A stretch of 64,000 nt of DNA from a phage: sequence record PZ379176.1, one strand, 5' to 3'. This document shows, piece by piece, positions 28,445-39,806 of the stretch (positions are counted from its first letter, which is position 1; each line of letters opens with the position of its first letter). Under the pieces are notes generated by a model. That model worked only from the letters and a program-made list of their open reading frames with translations, did no database searches and was not told the origin of the DNA. The position numbers and the translations under genes are program-made.

Positions 28445-28837
28445 ATGAATATTGGTTTAGATTACGATGACACTTACACCTCAGATAAAAAGCTGTGGCG
28501 CTCTGTGGTGGCATTAATGCAAGAAAAGGGCTACGATGTACGCTTTGTAACTTATCGCTTTGCAGAGCCTAATGGGTACGATAACCACGACATTAAGATT
28601 GATGCAGAGTGTTTGCAGATTCCTATTATCTTTTGTAATGGTGTGCAGAAGGATGAGGTCTGTCGACAGCTAGGTTTCTTCGTCGATATCTGGATTGACG
28701 ACTTCCCTGTTGGAATCCCCAAAAAGGACCACCTAGACGGTATGCTGAAGGGCGTAAGACTTAATGACCTTAGGGCAGCACCTCCTGTAGAAATAGCCGC
28801 TCCTGTGTACTCTGAAGAGCCTTTGGTGATTCGATGA
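28445..28837 (+). CDS. HAD-superfamily phosphatase-like protein (possible 5'-nucleotidase)
   Basis: Track ORF trimmed to ATG 28445; motif I-like GLDYDDT near N-terminus and DIWIDDFP later. Confidence 0.45.
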   Translation: MNIGLDYDDTYTSDKKLWRSVVALMQEKGYDVRFVTYRFAEPNGYDNHDIKIDAECLQIPIIFCNGVQKDEVCRQLGFFVDIWIDDFPVGIPKKDHLDGMLKGVRLNDLRAAPPVEIAAPVYSEEPLVIR

Positions 28838-28997
28838 AGAAATATAGTGTATGGATTAACGAGGAAGAAGAAGGTTTTGATGAAGCTGGAGGGTGGGTGA
28901 ATATCCTAAACACCGACGACATAGAAGAGGCCGAGAAGTGCGCCCTAAACTACAACTCTGGGTATTATGAAAGAAATTGGGAATATGAGGAAGAAGT

Positions 28998-29219
28998 ATG
29001 ATTTGGGTTCACACTTATAGAATTGGGAAGAAAGGGCTTACTACTATTCACACATCTGAAGATAGTGCTAAAGCATCTCAGGCTGTACTGAAAGGAAAGA
29101 TCACACCTTATGTAGTCGCTGAAGAAAAGAAGAATCCTCCAGTTCTGGAATACTTAGGAACAGGTAAACCTTACACAGCACTGGATGTTATTAACAACAA
29201 ACAAGGAGATGTGGCATAA
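28998..29219 (+). CDS. hypothetical protein
   Basis: ORF track. Confidence 0.4.
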   Translation: MIWVHTYRIGKKGLTTIHTSEDSAKASQAVLKGKITPYVVAEEKKNPPVLEYLGTGKPYTALDVINNKQGDVA

Positions 29220-29221
29220 AA

Positions 29222-29437
29222 ATGGAATACATTGATAAATACTCAAGTGAAGATTCAACAAACGCTGAAGTTTTATTTATACTAAAAACAGACTGTCTTG
29301 AACATGGTCAACTTATCAATTTCATTGAGTTAGCAAAACTTAAAGAAGAGATAGATCAACTGTATAGCGATGAGCAGTCTCGTTTGTTATCACTGTCCCT
29401 TCTCGGAGATCTTACCTGTGATGGATGTACTATCTAA
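29222..29437 (+). CDS. hypothetical protein
   Basis: ORF track. Confidence 0.4.
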   Translation: MEYIDKYSSEDSTNAEVLFILKTDCLEHGQLINFIELAKLKEEIDQLYSDEQSRLLSLSLLGDLTCDGCTI

Positions 29438-29597
29438 CTCTGAGAAAAAGAAGATCTCAGTATTTAAAGAACCTGTAGTTTATAAAGACTCTATCAGAGA
29501 TCAATATAATGAGATGTTAAAGAAACAAGCTGATTCTAATCTTCGTTATCAGAGGATAATAGAACAAACTAACTTTAAAGGTTTACTTGAATGGTAA

Positions 29598-30013
29598 CTT
29601 ATATCCTTTACTTTTTAGCTTTCTTAGGAATAATCTTTTTATCTATTATTCTTGAATTTGGTTTAAGTAGGTTAGTTAATTATTTAGGTAATAAGTAATT
29701 AATATTCTTTTAAATAGAGAATCAAAGTCCCTAGGAGTCCCTACAACCTAAATCAAGGATTCCTTAATTCTCTATTTTTATCTCGCAGGTGGCTCCTGCC
29801 CTTCGGTACTTGCAAGGGATTCTGTGAATTGCCCAATATACAAGCCTGCAATAACTTTATCAGCTATACAATATATACATTACTAGTGTGTTATATCTAC
29901 TACCAAAGATACTTATATTATATAGTACTCTTATCGGTATAAGCGTAATGTATACTATACATAACCGCTCAAAGAGAGCAACAATCTTTCAAATTAAATA
30001 AGGAAATTAAAAT
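29598..30013 (+). promoter_or_regulatory. 416-bp AT-rich ORF-poor region upstream of the SSB-like gene with inverted and direct repeats and TAATGTATA motif copies on both strands; candidate promoter hub and/or replication origin
   Basis: AAATAGAGAAT (29712-29722) / ATTCTCTATTT (29767-29777) inverted repeat flanking two GTCCCTA direct repeats; TAATGTATA at 29946-29954 (+) and 29874-29882 (- strand reading). Confidence 0.45.
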
Positions 30014-30760
30014 ATGTCTATGATTCCAACTATCGCAACTGCTTCCCGTAAATCCAACTACGATGTAATCCCTGATGGTGAATACGAAGCACGTATCGTT
30101 CGTGTAGTAGGTTTGGGTGTTCACAATCGTGACCCTTGGATTGACCCGAAGACCAAAGCAGTAACTCCTAAGAATCCGGCTTTCCGTATGGATTTAGCTT
30201 TCGAGCTGATTGGTGTTGATGCTACTGGTAAAGATTCCGATGGTAAGGCATTAGAACCACGTCCAGCTTGCCAGTTCAAGAGCTATGATGTAAACCCACG
30301 AGCTAAGAACTCTGGTATTCTTGATCTTTGCAAAATGATTGACCCAAGTATTCAAGCACTGAAAGGTGATCTGTCTTGGTTCAAGGATGTTCTGTTAGGT
30401 CAGCCTGTTAACATTCTGGTTAACTCTTATACTAACAAATCTGGTGAAGTTAAAAACTCCATCAAGACCATTTCTCCAATCCCAACCAAATATCGTGCAG
30501 CAGTTGGTGAAGCTCGTAGTCCTCTGGTATTCTTCGAACCGTATGCTGAAACCGATGAGAACGTAGCATCCTATCAACTGATGTTCCCGTTCCAGCGCAA
30601 CCTGCTTACTCAAGCTAATGACGCTAAGAACATGCCTCTGGCTGGTCGTGAAATTACTCGTGCTTCTGAAACAGAGCAGAAAGAAGCTACTCCTTCAATC
30701 CCTACGATTGATAAAGAGCCTGCTTCTACTTACGAAGACGACAACGATAGCCCATTCTAA
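30014..30760 (+). CDS. single-stranded DNA-binding protein-like (T7 gp2.5-type), acidic C-terminal tail ending DDNDSPF
   Basis: Strong RBS AAGGAAATTAAAAT-ATG; acidic tail with terminal aromatic residue as in SSBs; followed by strong terminator. Confidence 0.5.
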   Translation: MSMIPTIATASRKSNYDVIPDGEYEARIVRVVGLGVHNRDPWIDPKTKAVTPKNPAFRMDLAFELIGVDATGKDSDGKALEPRPACQFKSYDVNPRAKNSGILDLCKMIDPSIQALKGDLSWFKDVLLGQPVNILVNSYTNKSGEVKNSIKTISPIPTKYRAAVGEARSPLVFFEPYAETDENVASYQLMFPFQRNLLTQANDAKNMPLAGREITRASETEQKEATPSIPTIDKEPASTYEDDNDSPF

Positions 30761-30781
30761 TAACTCTCCTTGTTATAGCTT

Positions 30782-30806
30782 AGCCACCTCCGGGTGGCTT
30801 TTTTCG
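30782..30806 (+). terminator. rho-independent terminator
   Basis: AGCCACC-TCCG-GGTGGCT hairpin followed by TTTTTTCG. Confidence 0.7.
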
Positions 30807-30817
30807 TTGGAGACAAC

Positions 30818-31168
30818 ATGCAAAACACATTAAGTGATAACTTAGGGTTTATCGTTTTCTCAGCTCTTGTATTCTTTGGTGGTATGAAGTTTAACGAATA
30901 TCAAACAGACAGCAGTAATCTGGACAAAGAGAAGCACCAGCAAGAGTTAGAGATTGAAAGAAGTAGAGCAGCTGATGAAGTTGCTCAGAGAGTTCTTACC
31001 GGTTTATCTAACTGGAAGAAGAACACGGAAACCGTTTATAAAGAGATGCATTATGAGAAAACTAAACCAGTTTTTTATAATGTCTGCGCTAGTGATGAGT
31101 ATGTCAGCTTGTTCAACGAGCGACAACAGCAGGCAATCAATGCCCTTACCAACAAACCTAAAAGCTGA
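30818..31168 (+). CDS. i-spanin-like protein (N-terminal transmembrane helix plus charged coiled-coil region)
   Basis: Track ORF 30794..31168 trimmed to ATG 30818; hydrophobic LGFIVFSALVFFGGM; a lipoprotein ORF is embedded in another frame over its 3' half. Confidence 0.45.
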   Translation: MQNTLSDNLGFIVFSALVFFGGMKFNEYQTDSSNLDKEKHQQELEIERSRAADEVAQRVLTGLSNWKKNTETVYKEMHYEKTKPVFYNVCASDEYVSLFNERQQQAINALTNKPKS

Positions 31169-31312
31169 ATGTAGGGTTGACCTGCCTCTTTTAGAAAGTG
31201 CTCAAGGAAAAGCATTAGCCACTACGTTGGAGTGGTATCAGGACCAGTACACAGAATGTGCTGCCAATCACAATGGATTGTTAGAAGCTCTGAAAGAGCG
31301 TGGAATAGAATA

Positions 31313-31313
<1 letters not shown>
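31053..31313 (+). CDS. o-spanin-like lipoprotein overlapping the 3' end of the preceding gene out of frame
   Basis: ATG 31053 inside track ORF 30954..31313; signal peptide ending MSAC (lipobox-like); Rz/Rz1-type overlap architecture. Confidence 0.45.
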
Positions 31314-32799
<1,486 letters not shown>

Positions 32800-32809
<10 letters not shown>

Positions 32810-33336
32810 ATAAGTTTAACCTTATGGAAGAAGAGATTGCTGATCTGTGTCACAAATTAAGAGATAAGACCAGAACGATTTCTATGTTACGTGCAGTTAT
32901 TGATAGCTATCGTAAATCTGTTGAAGAAATCTCTTCGTGTTCTGCTGATACAGAAATTCGGTATGCAATGAAAAGGTTGATAGTAAAGCCGCCAGTAGGT
33001 GAAGAGTATCCAATTTATTCCTCTGTTCCTGTAGTCAGTTTTAAGCCTACAACTGAACAAACCAGCAAAAGAAGTCCAGCTTTAGACACTATGGTTGGGG
33101 GTGCACACTATAACCCTGAATCTAAAATCATTCAGCCTGTTGAGTTTTACCATGCAAACCCTCAGTTGAACTTCCAACAAACCAATATGATCAAATACGC
33201 TTATCGACACAAAGATAAGAATAAGGTTCAGGATTTGTTGAAGGTTGTTCACTACGCCCTTCTTGAGTGTGGGTTTGAATACCCTGAAGAGTATGATAAC
33301 TTCCGCAATGAAATCCGTAAGCTGTTAGGAGAATAA
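32800..33336 (+). CDS. hypothetical protein
   Basis: ORF track. Confidence 0.45.
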
Positions 33337-33337
33337 T

Positions 33338-34156
33338 ATGGAAGACGTTAAGCTCCCTGAGGTAGCTATAGTGGATGCTGACGTTCTTCGATATGAAGTG
33401 GGTGCTCTTACTCAGGAGCATCCCTTTCTTGACACAGGACGTGTTCCAGTTGATTATAATTTCATGATTGAACGACTTCAGTACAAGATTGATACAATTA
33501 TAGCTCGCTCAGGATGTAGTAAGGTTGTGTTCTACTTCAGCGAAGGTGGTAATTTCCGTTTCGATGTTGCTAAGCAGCAAGATTACAAAGCAAATAGACC
33601 TCCCGGAGAAAGACCTTTTCACTGGCAAAACGTTGGTGATTATATTAAAGGTAAGTATGAATACATAGATGTATTTGGGAGAGAGGCTGATGATGCACTA
33701 GCTGAAAGGCAACGTAGAGATAAGAATACTATCATCTGTACTAGAGACAAGGATTTGTTGATAACTCCCGGATGGCATTATCGTTGGGCTTGTGGAGAAA
33801 GACAGAAAGAGGTTCCTCCTCACTACGTATCTGATTTAGTTTCATGGCAAAATTTCTTCTATCAGATGCTGGTTGGAGATGGTACAGATAATATCCCCGG
33901 ATGTGGAGAACGTAAAGAAGTTATGTGGGGTGGTAAGCTCCAGCTTCGACGTCAAGGAATAGGGAAGAAAGCAGCAGCTAAACTATTGGCTGGTGTTACA
34001 GATAAGTGGACCATGTATCATATAGTACGAATGGAATATTATAAGAAGTTCGATACTGAAGATGAAGAGAAGATGCTTGAGAATGCTCGGCTGCTCTTTG
34101 TTGGTCAGACTCCGGAAGACCTGTTCGACTGGACATGGTTAGATAAATCTTGGTAA
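33338..34156 (+). CDS. 5'-3' exonuclease / flap endonuclease (T7 gp6 / Pol I 5'-nuclease family)
   Basis: KANR, READD, TRDKD, GDGTDNIPG and GIGKKAAAKLL segments. Confidence 0.7.
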   Translation: MEDVKLPEVAIVDADVLRYEVGALTQEHPFLDTGRVPVDYNFMIERLQYKIDTIIARSGCSKVVFYFSEGGNFRFDVAKQQDYKANRPPGERPFHWQNVGDYIKGKYEYIDVFGREADDALAERQRRDKNTIICTRDKDLLITPGWHYRWACGERQKEVPPHYVSDLVSWQNFFYQMLVGDGTDNIPGCGERKEVMWGGKLQLRRQGIGKKAAAKLLAGVTDKWTMYHIVRMEYYKKFDTEDEEKMLENARLLFVGQTPEDLFDWTWLDKSW

Positions 34157-34335
34157 TAAGGATATTATAATGGGTAAATTTGATTATCGTTCATATGATG
34201 AAAACTCCTCCAACCGTGAATCTCGTAAAGACCAAAAGATTAAACATCAACTGTTTGATCAGAGAACTGGTCGTATTCCTCGTGAGGGTAAGGTGAGTCA
34301 TCGTGTAAACAAACGAGTTTGGGAAGAAGCTGATT

Positions 34336-34737
34336 ATGGCGAAGTCTGAGAAGACTCGCTGTAGTGGAATGTGGACTGAAGCTCGTTACAACTCTTTCAT
34401 CAAGTCAGGGATTCGTTCTCTGACTAGAAAGTGGAAGCCTATGTTCGATGCACTAGCAGACGCCAAGACAGAGCAGAAGATTAATCCAAAGACAGGAAGA
34501 CTGGCAATGCACTTTAAGTGTGCCATGTGTGGTTCTGACCACCCTGTAAAGGATATGGCTATTGACCACATAGAGCCTATAGTTCCCTTAGATCATGAAG
34601 CAACTTGGGATGAAATCATCTCTCGTGCTCTGTGTGAGAAAGAAGGTTTTCAGGTTCTGTGTAAAGACCCTTGTCATAAGATTAAAACAAAAGAAGAGAA
34701 TGATGCAAGAAAACAATTCAAAAAAGGAAATGAGTGA
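34336..34737 (+). CDS. HNH-motif endonuclease
   Basis: CAMCGS...AIDHIEP...LCKDPCHKIK His-Me finger-like pattern. Confidence 0.5.
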   Translation: MAKSEKTRCSGMWTEARYNSFIKSGIRSLTRKWKPMFDALADAKTEQKINPKTGRLAMHFKCAMCGSDHPVKDMAIDHIEPIVPLDHEATWDEIISRALCEKEGFQVLCKDPCHKIKTKEENDARKQFKKGNE

Positions 34738-34957
34738 TGATCAAAAATCTACGCAACAAGTGCTTCGCTTTCGCTATCGCAATTGGAGAGGCGAGGTTGC
34801 TGACCGGTCCGTTATTCCACTCCGAACCTCCGTTGCTAGCTCCCGTTTTCATAACGGTGGCAAACCTTGTTGGATTATGACAGCAATTGATGTAGAGAAA
34901 GATGAGATTCGAGAGTTCAAACTCTCTGACATTATTCAGTATTACGATTTAATCTAG
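34730..34957 (+). CDS. hypothetical protein (start trimmed to ATG 34730)
   Basis: Track ORF 34595..34957; AAAAAGGAAATGAG context. Confidence 0.35.
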   Translation: MSDDQKSTQQVLRFRYRNWRGEVADRSVIPLRTSVASSRFHNGGKPCWIMTAIDVEKDEIREFKLSDIIQYYDLI

Positions 34958-35282
34958 GAACTGACATGATCACACAATCAGATAAAAATAAACTCTTCGA
35001 CTTAATCCACGACCTATTAGAAGCTCAGAGCTTTATCGACAATGCCGATACTTGGGAGATGGAAGCAGCTGGAAAAGCTTTTGATGAAAGTGAAGAGAAA
35101 CTTACTAATTTTATAAACACAATCTAGGGGGGTTATATGAATGAAGAAGTTGTTATTCTTGGAAGTAAATCAGATTGGTTCTACGGAGGCATCTCAGGGT
35201 GCTTTGAAGATGAACGTCCAGACCTCTGAAGAAAATTGGGATGTATGACGAATTTGATGGTTTTTAAAACTTAGAAACAAAC

Positions 35283-35316
35283 AAAGCCCCTTCCTTTCGG
35301 TTGGGGCTTTTCTTTT
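35283..35316. terminator. bidirectional rho-independent terminator between the convergent + and - transcription blocks
   Basis: AGCCCC...GGGGCT stem with T-rich tracts on both sides (TTTTCTTTT on +, TTTGTTTGTTT on -). Confidence 0.6.
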
Positions 35317-35317
35317 A

Positions 35318-38300
35318 TCACTCCTTAGGTCGAACTCTTACACGGAGTCTCGATTGACGCTTACTGCGTTCAAGCTTCTCTGACAATGAGCCACGTTTAA
35401 TCTTCGGCTTCCCTTCGTCATTAAACTTCTCCAAGAACTGCAAGTACTCAGTACGATTCGTTGTCTTGTAAGAAGGAATCTTAATATCAGGGTTCTCTTC
35501 AATTACACGTCTCATCTTCGCTACATCATCCCTACCAAGCAACTTACTCTTAGCCTGTTCAGCTGTAGAACCAAAGATCTTCTCCAGTGCTCTGGATTTG
35601 TTACCACCTGCGGAAGAAGCACCAAGTTTAGCAATGGCAGAGTAATCATCAGCACTAAACCAAGCTACCGGATTATCACCATACTTCTTCTTGTTTTCAG
35701 CAGCAGTCTGCAATGCACGTACAAAGCGACGGTTGTTACCAGCCTTATCTGCACCATGAACCCTGTCTAAAACTTCAGCCACACTAGCCAACTCATCCAA
35801 GCTCTTCCCACTCAAGAAAGCTTTCTCTACTTTATCAGCAAAAACCTCTTCCTGTTGTTTAATGCTTTCCAAGATATCAGAATTTGCTTGAGATCTTTCA
35901 TCATCAGGCAGAGCAGAACGAATCTTCTCCATCTCCAACTCTTCCTCTTGCAGTTTCTTAATATCAGAGTCAACCTTCTGAGCCTCCTCAATAGCCTTCC
36001 TAGTATCCGCATCCAAGTTATCAAGTTTACCTTCAGTATCTCCAGTAACCTTAACAATCTCTTTCTCGATAGGAGTCATTGATTCGTACTTCTTAGCGAA
36101 CTTCTCAACATCAGCCTCAATACGAGAGCGAGCATTCTGATGTTCAGTTGGAGTCATAGGCTTCTCGAGAAGTGCATAACGGTTATCCATATAGGAACCA
36201 GCAAACGCTTCAGCATCCTCTCTAGATATGCCCTTATCTTCCATAGTACGCATCAGGCGGCGATGAATATCATCACGTTGACGTTGTACTGCCATAAGAT
36301 CATTCTCACGCTCTTGGGCCGCTTTAAGCTCTTCACTGCGCTTAACTCTCTTGTCCACATCAAACTTGCGGTTCATCTCTTCCGCTTGCTCATACATCTT
36401 GTTCCACTTAGCCTGACGAGCATCTTCCTCTGCATCAGTTAAACGACGCTGACGATCAAGGTAGTCTGACTCGGCGTTATGGATACGTTCAATGTAACTA
36501 CGGAACTTCTCTGGAGGAACTGGAGAGTTCTTATCGTGGTGAGCAGCCAACTGTTTCAGTGTACGAGATTCCTGAGCCTCACGAACAGGTTTAGGTAAAC
36601 CTTCCATCATCTTCTCAATCTCACTCTTCTGAGCTGCAATAGCCTCTAGAGTTTTACGTTCATTCTCAACAGCAGCTTTAGCATCCGAACGAGCCTGAGC
36701 CTTTTTCCTGAGTGTAGCAAGACGTTCTTCACGAGCCTGTAAATGCTTAGCAGCAGCTTCGTACTGAGAGTTCTTGTTAGCTTTGTTGAAGGCATTCACT
36801 TCTCTGTTATAGGTGTTAATAAACCCATCCCAAATATCCTTCATCTGACCAACTTCCAAAGCCTCTTCCCTACCAGCCTTCTCTGAAGATTTAAACTTTC
36901 CATCTACAAAGTCATTCATCAATTTACGCATAGCGTCTTTCTGAGCAGGACGTAAAGGTTCTGCATCAATCAAAGTATCAATCTCAGACTGAAGCTCTTT
37001 CTTCTGGTCAACCAGCTTAGGAGCATTCTTGTTATCGAAAGCTTTATTCTCTTCTAGAGCTTGTTGGTACAGTCTATCAAACTCATCTTCACGCTGCTTC
37101 TGATACAACCTTTCAGCACGACGTTTCAGACTATCCAAGTTAGTTACGTTCCCACCTAAACCTTTCTCTTCAGCACGTAATGCCTTAGTAGCAATGTCTT
37201 CTGGCAGACCACGTTCTTTAACCCATTCAGCAAAGTTAGTTCGTACAGTGTTGTTCTTAGCAGTAGCAATACCTTGCTGAGAAGCCAGCTGGTTACGAGC
37301 CATTTCTTCATGACGTTCAGTGTTGATAGCATTATCTTCCTGACGAATACGACGCATCAGTTCCTTAGGATCACCTTTATAGGCCAAGAAGTTTTCAGCA
37401 GTAGCTTTAGCTTTAGCAGCCTTAGAGTACAGAGAACGAGCAAAACGTTCTGCACGATCTTTAGTAGCCTGACGAGCAGCACTAGACATAGCAGCTAAAC
37501 GTTCTACACCACTTGCCGGTTTAACGTCCTGTACAGCTTCCTTAGGAGCTTTAGGAGCACGAGCAGGTAATGGCTCAGCTTTGACTGTTGGTTCCTCTAC
37601 GGTTGGTTCTGGAGCCTGTGCGGCCTCTTCTTGAGCACGTTGCTGTTCCATTGCACGACGCTCCTCTAGAGGGTTACGAGCAGGGAGAGGTTCAGCCTGT
37701 GGAGTTTGTTCGACCGGAGCTTCTTGAGCAGCCAATGCCTCTTCTTCAGCGCGACGCTGTTCAGCCTGACGGATAGCGCGTCTTTGCGCAACTAAATCAC
37801 GAGCTGTAAGAGGAGTTTCTTGAGGAGCAGAAGAAGGAAGATTTTCTTCCGTCACAGTACTAGAAGAAGGCTCCCGAACCGGTTCGGTTTCCACGTCATT
37901 TTGCGTCTTAAATTTAATGTCATCAACAACTGGTTCTTCTTCCATTTTAGCACGAGCTTCATCAGCAGTAGATTTAGCACGAGCAACTTCCAAATCACCA
38001 CGAGCAAGAGAGCGGATAGCTTCGCTGTTAGATTCTTGTTGCTTAACACGTTGAGAGCGAGCACGCTGAGAAGAGAAGCGATTCAGAGCATACTTAGCAG
38101 CACCAAGAGTGTTCATTACCAGACTAGGTGAAGAAGCCTCACGGAATCCATCATCAGTCAGGGAAGTCCAACCACGGTCTTGATTGCTCATGAACTTAGC
38201 TGTATTGTTCAGAGTGTAAGCATCTTGAATAGGATTAAAACCTTCAGGCATACCTTTCAGTTTCTTCAACCCACCAATAGCTTTCTTCATCTCTGGAGAA

Positions 38301-39739
38301 ACATTATCAGCCATCTTCTGTAGTTCAGCAGCTTTCTCTACAAAGTTGTTAAAGTCTTCACCATCACGAGCTTTGAATCGATTTGCTTCATTATAGAAAG
38401 TCTTGTAAGCATCAATGAAGTCACGGTCGGCTTGTGTACGATTCTTAATATCAATCGGACTACCAGTAAAATCACCAGAAGCTCGGAGAGAGGTTAATTC
38501 ACGGTCTAGATTATCTAGAACATCTGTAAGAGCTTTCGTGTTGTCTTTGGTGTAGTCAGCCATTGCATCCTTCATAGCAACAGCCTGCTTCTGGTTGTGC
38601 TCGTTATCAGCGAATGCTTTACCACGAGTCTTAGCAGGAGAAGCTAAAGGGTTGAGGCCCGGAATGTTGGAATGTTCTTTCTGAACGGAAGCAGCTTTCT
38701 CAGCACGAGCTTGGTCAGTATTAAGAATACGCTGAGCGGCAGGAGAATCTACAGCAACAGCATCTGTAATACGGAATCCATTCTCATCCAGAAGGTTCAG
38801 AGCAGAAGCAGCGTTAGCAGTTTCAGCTTTAGAGTAAGCTTCTTTCAATTCATCAATATTCTTAGCACTACGAATCAGTTCATCATCAGCAGCAATATCG
38901 GTCTTCGCATACTCTGGAGTGTTCTTGAAGACAGCAGAATCCGGACGGCTAATCAAACCATGAACCCCACCAACTGCACCACCGAATGCAGCACCCATAG
39001 CACCTTCTTCGATAGCACCCTCTAATACATTAGCAAAGGTTGTATCATCTCCATGCTTGTTCTGAGCTTCAGCAGCACCTACAAGAGCACCACCTTTAGC
39101 ACCAGCCACTGCGTTAGTAGCAACGTTCTGACCAATACGTCCAAGTGTGGACTCAGCTGTACCAACAGCGCCCGGAAGGATTCTCTGAGCCGCATAGTTA
39201 GCACCACCAACCAAGGCTGCATCTAGAATAGATTTATCTTCCCCCTCTTCAGGGGTTTGGTCTGCATATGCACGACCTGTCTCACGACCTGCGATGATAG
39301 CAGCAGCAGCCAATGGGTTAGCAACAGTCATACCAATATCACCAGCAACGCCAGCATACTGACCTACAGTTTTACCAATCCCATCCTCAATCTTATCCAT
39401 ACGTTCTTTCAGAAGATTCTGAGAGTTCTCTTGGATACGCTTACCATAACTAGTTTGTGCTCCAGCTAGATTCTCACCAATCTCAACTAAACCACCAATA
39501 CCTTTAGCAGCACTAGCTGCAATATTTGCACCACCAGATTGAAGAGCATTTGACACACCTTGAGCAAACTCACCTATAGCACCACGTTCTTCTTGTTGTG
39601 GTTGTGCTACTGGCTGTTCCTCAGGAATAGAGCCACCTGCTGCCTTATATTGTTCTCTCATTTGAGCTTGTTGCTCCGGAGAGGCATTCAGATACGCAGG
39701 AGCTTTGGAAGCTTCTTCCCACGGTTTAATGTTAGCCAT
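35318..39739 (-). CDS. large internal virion / ejection-type protein (1473 aa), coiled-coil rich
   Basis: Track ORF 35318..39784 trimmed to ATG 39739 (AAGGAG RBS); long charged heptad-like central region; last gene of the structural block. Confidence 0.55.
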   Translation of the reverse strand: MANIKPWEEASKAPAYLNASPEQQAQMREQYKAAGGSIPEEQPVAQPQQEERGAIGEFAQGVSNALQSGGANIAASAAKGIGGLVEIGENLAGAQTSYGKRIQENSQNLLKERMDKIEDGIGKTVGQYAGVAGDIGMTVANPLAAAAIIAGRETGRAYADQTPEEGEDKSILDAALVGGANYAAQRILPGAVGTAESTLGRIGQNVATNAVAGAKGGALVGAAEAQNKHGDDTTFANVLEGAIEEGAMGAAFGGAVGGVHGLISRPDSAVFKNTPEYAKTDIAADDELIRSAKNIDELKEAYSKAETANAASALNLLDENGFRITDAVAVDSPAAQRILNTDQARAEKAASVQKEHSNIPGLNPLASPAKTRGKAFADNEHNQKQAVAMKDAMADYTKDNTKALTDVLDNLDRELTSLRASGDFTGSPIDIKNRTQADRDFIDAYKTFYNEANRFKARDGEDFNNFVEKAAELQKMADNVSPEMKKAIGGLKKLKGMPEGFNPIQDAYTLNNTAKFMSNQDRGWTSLTDDGFREASSPSLVMNTLGAAKYALNRFSSQRARSQRVKQQESNSEAIRSLARGDLEVARAKSTADEARAKMEEEPVVDDIKFKTQNDVETEPVREPSSSTVTEENLPSSAPQETPLTARDLVAQRRAIRQAEQRRAEEEALAAQEAPVEQTPQAEPLPARNPLEERRAMEQQRAQEEAAQAPEPTVEEPTVKAEPLPARAPKAPKEAVQDVKPASGVERLAAMSSAARQATKDRAERFARSLYSKAAKAKATAENFLAYKGDPKELMRRIRQEDNAINTERHEEMARNQLASQQGIATAKNNTVRTNFAEWVKERGLPEDIATKALRAEEKGLGGNVTNLDSLKRRAERLYQKQREDEFDRLYQQALEENKAFDNKNAPKLVDQKKELQSEIDTLIDAEPLRPAQKDAMRKLMNDFVDGKFKSSEKAGREEALEVGQMKDIWDGFINTYNREVNAFNKANKNSQYEAAAKHLQAREERLATLRKKAQARSDAKAAVENERKTLEAIAAQKSEIEKMMEGLPKPVREAQESRTLKQLAAHHDKNSPVPPEKFRSYIERIHNAESDYLDRQRRLTDAEEDARQAKWNKMYEQAEEMNRKFDVDKRVKRSEELKAAQERENDLMAVQRQRDDIHRRLMRTMEDKGISREDAEAFAGSYMDNRYALLEKPMTPTEHQNARSRIEADVEKFAKKYESMTPIEKEIVKVTGDTEGKLDNLDADTRKAIEEAQKVDSDIKKLQEEELEMEKIRSALPDDERSQANSDILESIKQQEEVFADKVEKAFLSGKSLDELASVAEVLDRVHGADKAGNNRRFVRALQTAAENKKKYGDNPVAWFSADDYSAIAKLGASSAGGNKSRALEKIFGSTAEQAKSKLLGRDDVAKMRRVIEENPDIKIPSYKTTNRTEYLQFLEKFNDEGKPKIKRGSLSEKLERSKRQSRLRVRVRPKE

Positions 39740-39777
39740 AACGTCTCCTTTTATAAATAAAAATGTCCTACCCCCTA

Positions 39778-39786
39778 TATACATTA
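39778..39786 (-). promoter_or_regulatory. TAATGTATA motif (read on - strand) about 40 nt upstream of the 1473-aa gene
   Basis: Plus-strand TATACATTA at 39778-39786. Confidence 0.4.
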
Positions 39787-39806
39787 TAGAAGGCAGGACT
39801 TAGGTC

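Noticed and set aside
35318-39739. N4-like giant virion RNA polymerase
   Set aside because: The protein is 1473 aa, not about 3500, and no polymerase motifs were recognised; composition is coiled-coil-rich, so it is called an internal/ejection protein.
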